Shown here in pieces: positions 51,589 through 63,647 of a stretch of DNA of 64,000 nucleotides (its first letter is position 1; each line of letters begins with the position of its first letter). The stretch covers positions 418,623-482,622 of the forward strand of contig CAJFCJ010000013.1 in assembly GCA_904063045.1 (NCBI GenBank), written 5' to 3'. A program made the position numbers and the translations under genes. Source of the stretch: Dimorphilus gyrociliatus (Eukaryota > Animalia > Annelida). A model generated the notes under the pieces. That model was not told the origin of the DNA. It did not search any database and saw nothing but the letters and a program-made list of their open reading frames with translations.

Positions 51589-52490
51589 ATGTCTTGTACC
51601 AATGTTTTTGGACATCCACAACGATCAGGAGTTGATTTTTCCACAGAATTTAGAAGTTGGAATCGTCCAGTCATGTTAGGGAAGCGAAAAAATAGGTCAG
51701 TGTAATTTGTATAATTTTCAATTCCACGAATTAATTTGGTTAACTTTATCTTGTTTATCTTTTAATAGCACACCATTAAGTAGGGATAGTTGTCAAGAAC
51801 CTCCTGAAAAATTATATGTTGATGAACAGTTTCTTTGCGATCATCTGCGTGATATCACATTATTAAAAACGTAAGTTATTATCTATAATTTATAGCTTAT
51901 TTTCTGTAGTTGATACTTTTAATTTCAGCGAAAAGAAGGAAGTTATTGAAGAAGAGGAATACACAATTAGCATTTCCGATGATGTACGACGTCAGTGGGA
52001 AAAATTTACAAGGGACGTTCTACCACCTAGAGTTGTTGAAGATATGTAAGTTTACCATCTCCTCCTCCTTAATGACCCCTTTTTTTACAATTTTATTTTA
52101 TAATTAAACAGCTCGAAAAGACAATCGATGCAAATGGTCCTATGGAAGCCATTACCTGTTGACGAAATAGCATCAAAAAATGCTAAGACAGCCAATACGA
52201 GCCAGGGCAGTGATTTATGTGAAGGTGATAGGCCAGTTTCCTCAAACTACATTAATTCAGAGTTCACGTCACGTGAATTTTTCAACAATAACAACAACCA
52301 CAATAATAATAATAGTTCGGATTGTAATCTGAATCACAACAACAATAACAATTCCCAAATTACTAATCAATATGCAGTAAATTATCAAGAAAATGTATCA
52401 CCAATGAATGGTATTTCGTATAGTGAAGACTTTTATACAACTTCGGACATGAATGATTATCAGATCGATGATAATGAGACTTGTGACTAA
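51589..52490 (+). CDS. CCDC117-like protein, 4 exons
   Basis: Exons splice in frame (MSCTNVFG..GKRKNR|STPL..KLYVDEQFL..|..VLPPRVVEDM|SKRQSMQMVLWKPLP); MQMVLWKPLP matches the CCDC117 MELVLWKPLP motif. Confidence 0.6.
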
Positions 52491-54178
52491 CTTTATATTG
52501 ACTAATCTTAGCGTTTTTAATTGAGTTATATGCTACAGCTTGGTATCCATGTCCTACTTTACTATAAACTCATTATCCGAAACCTTATCCGAACTGTCAG
52601 AGCAAAGTTGTGTTCATATAGGCATCTTTAGACAATATTGCATATTGAAGGATATAATATACTGTATATGTGTATAAATATATATAATATTTCTTTTGTC
52701 GTACGATTGTTTCATTTTCATATTAAACATTTGGTACGGTAATTAATCTATGATTATTATTTTAAAATATAATCAAATTGTAATCTCTTTAGTTTTTAAT
52801 AGCTAAAAAAGGAATCTTAATGTATCATATAAAACTAACAGGTCTACTTGATAATATGATGGGAACATTTGAGAACAAAAGATTCTTCTTCAATTGGGAC
52901 AAAGAGTTAAAAAGTCTTGTTATATATTTTTTATTTTGTTTTGTTTAAGATGCCATCTATCGAGATGAGATTGAGCAATTTGTAATTTGTTTTTTGTTTT
53001 TCTTTTTTTAAGGCGTTATCGGTTTTTCCGACGTTCCCAACTGGAATACTGCATTTGTAAGATTGTGTTAAGCTGAAAGGAAGTAGATTAAAATATTAAT
53101 CGTATAACGAGTGAAATTATGCAGATGTTCTAAAGAAAATAGGTTTTTGTATAATTAAACAAGGCGTTTTAGTGAAGAATCAATGATTAGAGTGAAATAG
53201 ACGAAGCCTATTTATGAATGATTTGCATAGAGCTGATAAGAATGTCTTTTAAACTGATCAGACTGAAAAGTGATGTCAATTTCGATAAGGATTGCATTGA
53301 TTTTAAACCGTATACTCCAATCCAAATTAGATTAGGTACAAAAGGAATGTCGCTCTTAGGGTCGTAGGGTTGAGATGCTCTCTACTAGTAGTGCTGGTCT
53401 GTCTTTGACAAACGTCTGAAAGATGGCGCCTTTTGGAGAAATATATTTGTAATCATTTTGTACGTGTCTATGAATGTTTAAGAAAGGAGGGAATGCATAG
53501 AAAACAAATAAAAGGTCTAACAAAATTCTCCCATTCTCCAGTTTCTTGCCTTTCTCTCCTTTCACCCTTTTCGCACTTTTCTTTCTTTATTTAATCCTCT
53601 TTCCCAGTCTATTTTTTCAGGTCTTTTATATAATCCATTAACTGGGGAAAAAGAGTAAAAAAATCTTTTTCTCTATCACCGAAGGTTAGCTCTCTTTCGT
53701 GTCCCCTCTATGTAATATATACTGGTCATTTTCAGTTAAAGAGAGCAGGGATTCTGAGACAGTGCAGGTATGAAAATTGATGAGGAGGCGACTGCCTACT
53801 CTACCTGAGAAATTATAGTTACTTAGCTTAAAACGACTAAGTGTTCTGCATTATGCACGGCGCCGCATATGGCGCCATCCGTTGTATATAAGGGCTTGTT
53901 TATCTTCTTTTAAGCTTACTTTTTTGTGAGTCTCCCTGCTATTAAATGGAAGGCTCTTTTTCGCTTATGTATCTGATATAGTATTTAATTACTCTCATGT
54001 AAATTTTCATCTAAGAGAAAAGGATTTGTTCTTCAATAAAACTTGATATCATCTTCTCTCTATATATGTATATATATTATAAATACAGATATATACATAT
54101 ATATATATGTATATACATATATTTTTACAACATTGTTTGATATTCTGATAAACATACTGAAAATAACAAGAGAAGACA

Positions 54179-54448
54179 ATGGATTTTTATGAAGATGAAG
54201 TTGTTAATTACGCTACAGGGGTTTGTCAATTAAATTTTTATTAATTTCCCTTTACACTGTACCTATATATATTATATTATATTATATAGATATTTATCCC
54301 TTTATATATACTCATGGTTTCTCTATACTTTCATAATCGATAAATGTTTCCTTCATTTTTCATACATGTACTCCTTTTACTATTAACAAGAAGAGCTTAA
54401 CTAGAAAATGAATAATACATGCAATTTATTATATAAACGCTATATACA

Positions 54449-54490
<42 letters not shown>

Positions 54491-56771
54491 GGTCTACAGT
54501 ATATAATGAAGAATACGTTATAGGTATATTATATTTAAGGAAGCGCATACTATGCATATTTAGTTTGTATATAATATACCTGTTAACGCGTTATTTCCGT
54601 TTAAATTTTTGTTCTTTATATTTTATATATACGGTAATACTGTATATATTATATTCTCATATATACGTATATACGTCTAACAGATTCGGGCCCCACCCTT
54701 AGGAGACGCTTTATATCACATTTTCCTGTTCTGGCATAGGAACGATAGAGAATTTTCTGACCAGCTTATCGAACGATTGCAATGCGCTCGTAATGCCTTC
54801 AAATGTTGTTCTCAATATGATATATACAAGTCGGATGGGGATATGACGTTATGTCAAAGTATTTTATCTGGTGTTAAATATTGTTCAAAGGCACTGTTAA
54901 TAGCTAGTTGGGATTCACTTGAGCTATGGAGAGAATGCGAAGAAGCAATTAACGAAGAATTGGATATAGGAAGAAAATTTGTTGTATTACAACTTAATCC
55001 TCAACTGGATTTACCGACATCCTTATCGGAATGTAATGTTGTTAGTATAAAAGATGATGACTGGTGGATGAAACTATTAGATTCATTAGCACCGGTTGTC
55101 CATTTGTCGTCAACATCTCCAAGTTTGGCCGGTGTAAATCCTGGTAAGTGAAAATATTGAACAAGTATAAATAAAAATTAAATTTGGTACAAGCAGGAAA
55201 AACTAGAGTAGAATTTGCACGCATCAAAGCAATTCCTTCCCATTTATTTGCCATGATACACTCCCTTGAGAGCGTTCTTTCACTACTAAATTTCTCTAAA
55301 CTTGACTTTTTATCTGTATAACTTCATTATACAAATTATACGTCTTACTTCTTTATTTCATTATTAATAACGCTGTTTATTTAGACTTATTCTCTTTTCT
55401 TTTTAAATTAGCCTTACAGAGTGGGCACTTATTATTTAGCGCCCGGTCCCACCTCACTTGGCCAGGTAGAGAAATAATTGGTGATCAGGTACCCGAGGAG
55501 TTACTTTCGCATGGATTACAGGTATTATTTATTTGTAGTTACTATTTAGACGATTGTAAATTGTTCTATACTACTTTACACGGGTGTACACTTGTACCTG
55601 ATTTTTCCCTTTTCCCCGTCATTTAAATATCCCTGTAAACATGGTACAGATATAATTATGCATAGGAATCTAGTTAATATTCTACCTATAGAGAGGAGAG
55701 AAAGAAAAAAAGAGTGGAAAAGAAAGATTGAGATAGATAAATAGATAGATAGATAGATAGATAGATGGATTGATTAATATTAGATAGATATATAGCATAG
55801 ATAGAATGGTAAGTATAAAGAGAGAGAGAGAGAGAGAGAAAGAGAGGCAAAAGAAGTAGAAAAAATAGCATCTGTATAAGTAATTAAGTAATGGAGATTA
55901 GTTTAAGCCAAAAAAAATGAATGTATATATTTTTTTCAGGGAGAAAATCCCATATGAAAAGTGATATATAGAGTATTTCGTAAAAATAAATGTATAAATT
56001 AATACCTTCTATCAAAAATTCATGTATTATTTGAAAGGTTTGTCTTTTAATATCCCACAGATTGATCCTGAAGTCTATGAAAAAGCAGTTGGGACTCTTA
56101 TGTCTAGTTTAAAAATTAAGTGCCATTTATGCTTTTTCTCAACACCAGCTGCGGCAATATTCTTTATTGTCTGGTTCATATTCTGCCTCACACTAATACC
56201 TTTCATAGAAATTAAAGTGATTCTCTACGGACAGACTAGTAGCGGCCTTGAATACGTACACGGTGCTCTTGTTTGGCTTTGTACACTCACATTATATTTG
56301 TTCGTAAGTCACCTCGTCAAAAGACAGGTAAGATTAACCATTTAGAAAGCTTCCCTTACCAAAATAAGTTCCTTTCTTTACATTCATATATACAATATTC
56401 ACTGTATATGCAAACATAAATAGACTATATATAGTAAATAAAGCATGCAACTTTTCTCTCCCTCTCTGTTATGATTCTTTCTCGAGGTTTCTTTTTTCTT
56501 CTTCTTCTTCTTTTGATAGAGTACTCTAAAGCACTTTACTATTTGTCCTTATACACATTTAATTTATATCCAATACTAACAGATATATACAATATATATA
56601 TATATATAAAGCACTTGTAGAAATGTTTGTATATTTGTTTTATCTTTTCAGCTTCGAAAACAATTAAAAAAGACCATTTCAAGCGTCAATTCAATATTTA
56701 TCAAACAGAATGTACTTTTGGGTAGTGAGGAGTTAGGCCTAATAGACTGCAACAAGTATTACGTATCCTTT

Positions 56772-56807
<36 letters not shown>

Positions 56808-56813
56808 TACTAG
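54179..56813 (+). CDS. N-terminal TIR domain fused to a TMEM268-like two-TM module; exons 54179-54220, 54684-55143, 55412-55521, 56061-56327, 56652-~56813 (3' end uncertain)
   Basis: TIR-like LYHIFLFWHRNDREFSDQLIERLQ...SILSGVKYCSKALLIASWDSLELWRECEEA...KFVVLQL..LPTSL; then VPEELLSHGLQ|IDPEVYEKAV, two hydrophobic helices, and KQLKKTISSVNSIFIKQNVLLG resembling TMEM268. All junction phases are compatible. Confidence 0.7.
54450..54487. repeat. (TA)n microsatellite, intronic
   Basis: About 19 TA units read directly. Similar TA tracts occur near 2596-2617, 10400-10410, 35490-35500 and 56777-56803. Confidence 0.9.
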
Positions 56814-56908
56814 TAATAATCCCTTATAATGTTTTTTTACTATCTATAATCTTTTATCTCCGTAACTGCAATTAAAACGGGTAGAGGAGTGAGAGCAGGG
56901 TATCTTGA

Positions 56909-57816
56909 TTATAAATTATTAGCTTTACCGTAGTCTATAATTCTTTGCAGGGCATTATTTTTCGTTTGTTCATCAAGTCTTTTATTAATTAATTCCATTT
57001 GCCACGCTTCTGCCCTCATATTACGGCCGACTGATGAACATGTAATAGAACTTTTTCTACTATTATCTTCTTCTGGTTTGGTAGCAATTTTTACTGTCTT
57101 TTCAATACGAATTGGTGGTTCTTGATCTATTTTATAGTGTACATCATTTGCATCATCTACGTAATTTTCATGTTCTATTGAGGGTCTTTTATGCAATCTC
57201 TCCCTTTTTACTTCTTCTTTTTCTTCTGGGGACAAAATATAGTCATTATCACCATCTGTTCTGGACGCAAAGTCCTCATCTCCATCGTCGAATGTTGCTA
57301 TTTTAACTCTAGTTCGAGAGGGACTAGGCTTAAAGATATCGTTTTTACCAGGTTGAACCATTCTAGGTACATAGTCAAATACATCAACCTATAGAGTATA
57401 AAAAATTAAGTATATTTGCTCGAGAATATTAAATAGAATACTAACATCGTTCATTTCATCCATCATTCGCTTTTCATATATATCGGGATACAATTTCTTT
57501 AGACAATTTTTTCTCAGTCTATTAATAGGTTGTACTCTTAATGATCGGCTCGGTAGCTTTAATTGGTCACTTTTTTGCTTTTCAATAGTCCATTTAAACA
57601 TGAGAACTGCATTGGAAAAAAAATCATGTAACTGTCCATAAAGTTATTTGTCGATACCATTAGCGGCCATTTTGTTACTATGACAATAGTACAAACAATT
57701 AAGCCTAGTTTCGATTTGGGATCTATTTTTTTTTGGGGGAATATAGAGTAGACGGAATATATAATATATTTCCTAATTATGAAATTCTCTTACCTTTCCT
57801 TATCCCATATTTCCAT
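56909..57816 (-). CDS. Uncharacterised acidic/charged protein, about 4 exons; start uncertain
   Basis: Possible splice path MEIWDKER|SQIETRLNCLYYCH|ILMFKWTIEK...MMDEMND|VDVFDYVPRMVQPGKND...QRIIDYGKANNL with GT-AG introns. No domain recognised. Confidence 0.55.
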
Positions 57817-57969
57817 TCCTGCTACTTTCCTTTTCACTTATCCTGAATACTTTTCAACGCTTAATATCTCTCATAAAAAGAGAATCATACTCATTAGGAT
57901 TATTTTTCGTTCATTAGAATACAAAAAAGAGAAAATATTCCTTTTTTCTTGTTAATTAAAATCAAATTT

Positions 57970-58110
57970 ATTCATTCATTCATTCACTACCTACTGACGA
58001 ATATATAGGGTATTCACTCATTCATTCATTTATCCATCCATTTATCCATCCATCCATCCATATATCTATTTGTCTGTCTATCTATCTATCCATACATACA
58101 TACATACATT
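57970..58110. repeat. Mosaic tetranucleotide microsatellite (ATTC/ATCC/ATCT/ATAC)
   Basis: Successive runs of related 4-mers read directly. Confidence 0.8.
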
Positions 58111-58274
58111 CGCACATTCATTACCTGTACCATTGTTATATCCTTTTCATAGCTCTTTTTCTTTTCTATACGTTACAAACACTAACAAACCATGTAAACA
58201 GGCACAAAAACGAAATACTCTCATATTTTTCATTATCATTATTTTTTTCCCTTATATTTTTATCCTCTAATCAT

Positions 58275-58986
58275 TTACTTTTTGCAACGACACTCAGGTT
58301 CATAATAAATTTCTTCAGGGTTATTCCAACTTCTTTTACCGGGACCATTCCAATCAGCTGCCTGTTTCAGGGCTTAAATAGAACAGCTTTATTAAAGCTT
58401 AATTATTATTTTTCTCTTTTTTTTTACATAGAAATAGACTTTATCATTTTTTTAAAATTATAAATTCTTTTCATTCGAGAATAGGCCTACCGAATAATTT
58501 AGCTCCAACGCTTGAGGGAGAGCGTAGCCTAGCATGAATAAGAAAAATTGAATAAATATGTATTATGCAAAAATTTTTCTATTAATAAATGATAATAAGA
58601 TATTTATTATTAGTTATTTGACAAACTCACTTCATGTAATGCATTTCGATTTCTTTGACGATATCCTTCAGAATTGTATTAGTTCCATCCTTTTTTAAAC
58701 TTTCCACCCTTGATTAGGAAAAGATGCCATATATGGATAAAAGACATTTACATAATTGAAAATGCACTTTGGTCAAATTTTTTCGTTTTTTTGTATTAAA
58801 ATTTTTTTTTTTTTGATTTAGGTTTCGTTGGCGGCTTTCATCTTTCTTTCTCAAATGTAACGAAATAGGGACACTATAAGAGCTTAGAATAATCTTGGAG
58901 CTTTATTAATAAAACTTACTTTTTATAATTAAACGAAAAATGGAATTAATATATTTGAAAGGTATAAAAAATTTCATTTATTCATT

Positions 58987-59026
<40 letters not shown>

Positions 59027-59162
59027 GAGGAGAGAGGGGGAAGGGAGAAAAAATAAAACAGAGAAAAATAAATGAGATATCCTTTAGAACTTACATTGTA
59101 CTTGGTCTTATTAAAATTACTAGCCAACAGCCATATAGATAAATAAGTAATCTTCCATTCAT
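58275..59162 (-). CDS. Candidate small secreted prepropeptide (neuropeptide-precursor-like), 3-4 short exons
   Basis: Signal-peptide exon MNGRLLIYLYGCWLVILIRPST (59162-59095, gtaagt donor); exon 58708-58631 (VESLKKDGTNTILKDIVKEIEMHYM, gtgagt donor); a 38-nt exon near 58491-58528; last exon ADWNGPGKRSWNNPEEIYYEPECRCKK*. Confidence 0.45.
58991..59022. repeat. (AG)n microsatellite
   Basis: 16 AG units read directly. Confidence 0.9.
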
Positions 59163-59863
59163 TCTTGAACGAATTAACAGGATCGTTTGACTCTTATCAG
59201 TCTAGTGTCTCAACTTTAAAGAAAACCAAATCGGGCTGATTTATTATAATAATTTGATGCTAATTGAAAGCCTCTTCTCATTAGCAAATTTTTTTGTTAA
59301 ATGACAAAAAAATTCTGTCTTTTTCTTTTGTTTTCCTTAATATCTAATTTAAATAGTTACACTTTTTCTACTACGAAATTGGACCTTGTCTGGTAAGCAA
59401 TTCTCTTTTCTTGTCAGTTTCTTACTTAAAAAAAGTTTTTTTTAAGGCTTACTATCAAGAAATACTGTCTAAAAAGCATAACTCTTTCGCCAACCCAACT
59501 TTTAACGCGGAAGAAGATCTATCTGCTTCATCCTCAATGACAACCTGTCTGTCGGATATTGTTATCAAAGAAGATCTGTCCGAAGAAACGGAAGACAAAC
59601 TACTATCTTATAGCGCCGAGTACACGAGTCTACTGATAAATAGGAACTTTTCATTTGATCACTCAAATTTACATTGTATAGGATTTCCGTGCCTTTGTCA
59701 GTTCGCGCAGCATAAAAACAATATTCGATCTAAATAGGAACTTCTTGGAATCTGTATTTCCCATTTATTTAAAGGTAAAATAAAATTCAATTTTTAGTTA
59801 AAAAGTATATCAAAGCACATTTTGTTTTAATGTCGGGAAATTCAGAAAAAATCTCTCTTCCTT

Positions 59864-61211
59864 TTAAAATAGATAAACGATCAAGAGGAAGGCGGAAATG
59901 AAACCGAAGAAAACGTTTACTTTATTTACGGCTGCAGAATTTACTGCAAAAAAAAAAAGAAAATCATTATACCTAATACATTATTAATTGTATGTAAATA
60001 ATATACAGAATATATACAAATTAATTGCTACCTACCAATAAATTCAATTTTAAAATTAGCTTCTTTCTCCTCATTGTTCTCTAGAACAACCTTTATAGTC
60101 ATCTTAATCTCACCCTCTAAATCTGCTTCATCAGAAAAGCTAATATCACCAGTATAATTACGCGTGCCACTATTATCTTCGATTTTTAAACCAACTCCGT
60201 AATTGGTGTTGCCGCAAGTAACGCTATTCTTATCGTTTCCCCATATCAAGGCCGTTTCATTGCAATCGATATCTGCAGTTGTGCGGATACTGCACGGTAA
60301 CGTCACATGTCCTGGCTTAAACGCTTTAATCGAATAATTTTTACAACTCAAATGAATTTGGGAAGTGATGCCTGCAACATCAGTATTCTGTTCCTCCGAA
60401 GGCTCCGTTGTGGCCACAGTTTCTGTTACTTTTGTTGATTCGATAGCTTTTTCCGTACTTGGAGTTAAGTTACCCTGTTTAGGCTCGACGGTTGATATTT
60501 TGCTATCAAGATTCGATTGTGTAGATGATGACTCAACTCCAACAGATGAAGTGGTCAAATTTTCTGAAATATCGAATGTTTTTACAGTGACAGTATCCTC
60601 CGCAGTGTTGTTGGTTGTGCTGGTAGTGACAGTATTATCTGCAATAGTATTGGTTGTATTGACAGCGGTCTCATTGATAGAAGTTTTAGAATCTGCCACT
60701 GTTGGAGCTTGATTCGTTGTTCTATCATTCGCTGTTGAATCTTGTAACTTGGAAGTTGTTGTTTGCTTATTATCTTCTTCGGTAGAAGTGGAAATTTTCT
60801 TGGAAGTTTGCAAACTAGCTGTACCAGTCGTTTGCGCTGTTGGTTCTTTTGTGCTCTTATCAGTCTCTGAAGTAGTTGAAGGTGACTTCGTTGTTGAGAG
60901 ACCTTCTGAAGTAACAGCCGTATTTCCTCCAACGGTAGTAGTAGCTTCGGCTGCATCTCCTACAATATTTTAGAATATAGCAATTTATTACAACATATGA
61001 AAAATAGAAAAGTCGTTTTCATACCTTTCACATCATCATTGTTTAATTTTGCAGCTGTAGATGTAATTGTAGTTTCTTGACCTGTAAAAAAGACAAGATT
61101 GATAGTCACTTCTATAATCATTTTCGCTCTTAAAAACAATTTACCTGTGACGAATAGCACAGTCATATGACAGAGAACTGCTACAAGAAAACATCTCTTC
61201 GACATCATCAT
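59864..61211 (-). CDS. Probably GPI-anchored mucin-like (Thr/Ser-rich) surface protein with one degenerate Ig-like domain; exons 61211-61145, 61081-61025, 60959-60036 and a final exon ending at 59864
   Basis: Signal peptide MMMSKRCFLVAVLCHMTVLFVTG; long T/S-rich stalk; HVTLPCSI...LIWG...TRNYTGDI; hydrophobic C-terminus NSAAVNKVNVFFGFISAFLLIVYLF*. All introns are phase 1. Confidence 0.72.
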
Positions 61212-61941
61212 TGTTAAAGCTTAAGAATTTACCGCTTCCTCTGAAACAACACGATGTTCCGAAAAAACGTTTGCAACTGTTTAAATCTATGCTTAACCAC
61301 CTATAAGAAGACTTTTTATGGAAGCAACTACTCAATTTGAGTAAATACTATTCAAAGTTTTCCACGTCGGCAAGTGCAACTCAGTATATGCCTACGTTTT
61401 CCCTACAAAAATATCCAACTTGTTTGTGCATTTAATATTATGTAGAAAACTCTTATTTATCCTTAAAAGAAACAATATACTATATATATACACAGTATAT
61501 ATATTGTATAGAAGAAATACTAGGAGGAAAATAAACGGTCTTGGGTCAAGGGTACCATACTATATATTTATATATCCGAATGTAATATTTATTCAAAAAT
61601 TGACAATGTTTAATTTTTAAAACATCAAACATTATTTTCTAAAAAGCTTTTTATCTTTAATAAGTAAAAAAAAAAAACAAAAAAGAATACTCAAAATTTT
61701 AATCAATCAAAGGCAAGACAGTTAGGTGATAAATTAGCAATAATCATAAGTACTGTCGCTGTTTTGTCTTCAGCTTCAGTTCAAAGTTCTTGGAGAGAAC
61801 TATGTTTTTCAATTAGGATTTCATTCCGAGGAACTGTTAGAAGAAGAAAAAAAAAGACGGAATTGTCAAAAGTATAGATTCTTATGTTAGTTAGGAAATG
61901 AAAATTAAGAAATTCGTTTAAGTTGACTGAGGGTTTTAATG

Positions 61942-63647
61942 TTAGCGTTTATTGGAAATGAACTTTAGTATGTAATTTAGGGGTGGAATTTGCCATCCAA
62001 CCTTTAATATAAACCCAATAATGACGCTGAAGAGCATAATCGGTAAGAATAAACCAAATTGACGTCTTGAAGGTCCTTTAGCCATAAGTCTCTCCAAAAA
62101 TTTCAGCTTCTTATCAGTGTAAGGAGGGTATCGGATATCATTCAATTTTTCCATTCCTGAGCAATTCATATGATACAGCGTTAAAAGAAAATAAGTATTC
62201 TCTAGAGATTTAATTACCTTGCTTCTTTTCCAGCACTCCCTTTCTATGGCAGAATGTTTCTAGTGTAAACTTTCCGTGGTAGGCACCACATCCACTTTCT
62301 CCAACTCCTCCAAATGGGAGTCCACTTATACCTTTTTGGAAAAAGAGATAAAAGATGAAAAGTTTATAAAATTATATATTTAGAAATGCTTACCAGCTTG
62401 CATAATAGTATCATTAACGCAAGTTGATCCGCTGGATGTTTGATTCAAGAATTTTTCTTTGATTGAGCTCTTCTTAGTGAAGACGTACAATGCTAAGGGT
62501 TTTTCTCTGCTATTGATAAAGTCTATAGCTGCATCTTCATCCTTTACAGTTAAAATTGGCAAGACAGGCCCGAAAATTTCTTCTTGCATACACAACATAT
62601 CGGCAGTTGCATTTTGAATGATTGTTGGGGCTATGAAACGGCTTTCGACATCAGTTTTACCACCAACGACTATTTTGTCACTGGGAGCGTCGTCAATTAG
62701 TCTTTTAATTCTGTCAAAGTTGCGCTTGTTAACAATTCGACCGAAGGATTCGCAATGTTGAGGGTCATCTCCGAAAAAGGCGACTAAAGCCTTTTTCAGT
62801 TGCCTCACAAGTTCGGGTTGAATTTCTGATGGGCAAAGAATATAATCGGGAGCGATACAGGTCTGGCCGGTATTGCAGAAGCGACCCCATACAATACGCC
62901 TAGCTGAGATATTTAGATCGGATGATGGACAGACATAGCATGGCGACTTTCCCCCAAGCTCCAAGATTACTGGAGTTAGGTGCTTAGCTGCCGCTGTTGC
63001 AACAATTCGCCCAACGGATGTGCTTCCAGTGTAGAAAATCATATCAAATCTCTCGGAGAGAAGAGCTGTCGTTTCGGTAACGCCTCCTTGCACAATTTGA
63101 AAAGTATCATTATCTAAATACTTCCTGCAGAGTTTCTCAACAACAAAGGCAGTTGCGGGCGAAACTTCAGAGGGTTTCAAGACAACGCAATTTCCTGCAG
63201 CAATAGCTCCAACTGCTGGCATAAGAGCTAACTGGAAGGGATAGTTCCAAGCTCCCATGATTAGGACGACGCCGAGAGGATCTCTTTGAATGTAAACATT
63301 GTCCATAATGAGTTCAATACTTTTAGAAATTTTTTCCCTCTCCAGCCACTTGTCTAGATTATTAAGATGTTGAATTGCATCATTTCTCACTTGAATAACT
63401 TCCATTAAAATGGTTTCTGATTTCGGTTTACTTAAATCTTCTTTCATTGCAGCAACTATTTCATCTCTATTTTCATCAACCATCTTAACTATTCCTTCCA
63501 ATTGACTTCGTCTCCATGATAACGATCGTGTCTTACCGGTGCCGAATGTTCGACGCAGGTCAGTTATAAGCTAAAAAGTTCAAAAACTATTGCATAAACA
63601 GAATTCGCAAATGTGAAATAGCGTTCTACCTGCTGATAATTGTCCAT
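61942..63647 (-). CDS. ALDH3A2: Aldehyde dehydrogenase family 3 (fatty aldehyde dehydrogenase-like, with C-terminal TM anchor), at least 4 exons
   Basis: [78 protein letters not shown], and a C-terminal hydrophobic [18 protein letters not shown]. Confidence 0.9.

Noticed and set aside
59411-59765. 108-aa plus-strand ORF and a minus-strand MGNTDSK (myristoylation-like) start
   Set aside because: The frames conflict, are interrupted by stops and have no domain; neither can be supported without expression data.
61027-61216. Repeated AACAATGATGATGT 14-mer in exon 1 (start region) and exon 2 of the mucin/Ig gene
   Set aside because: Too short and low-complexity to show exon duplication.
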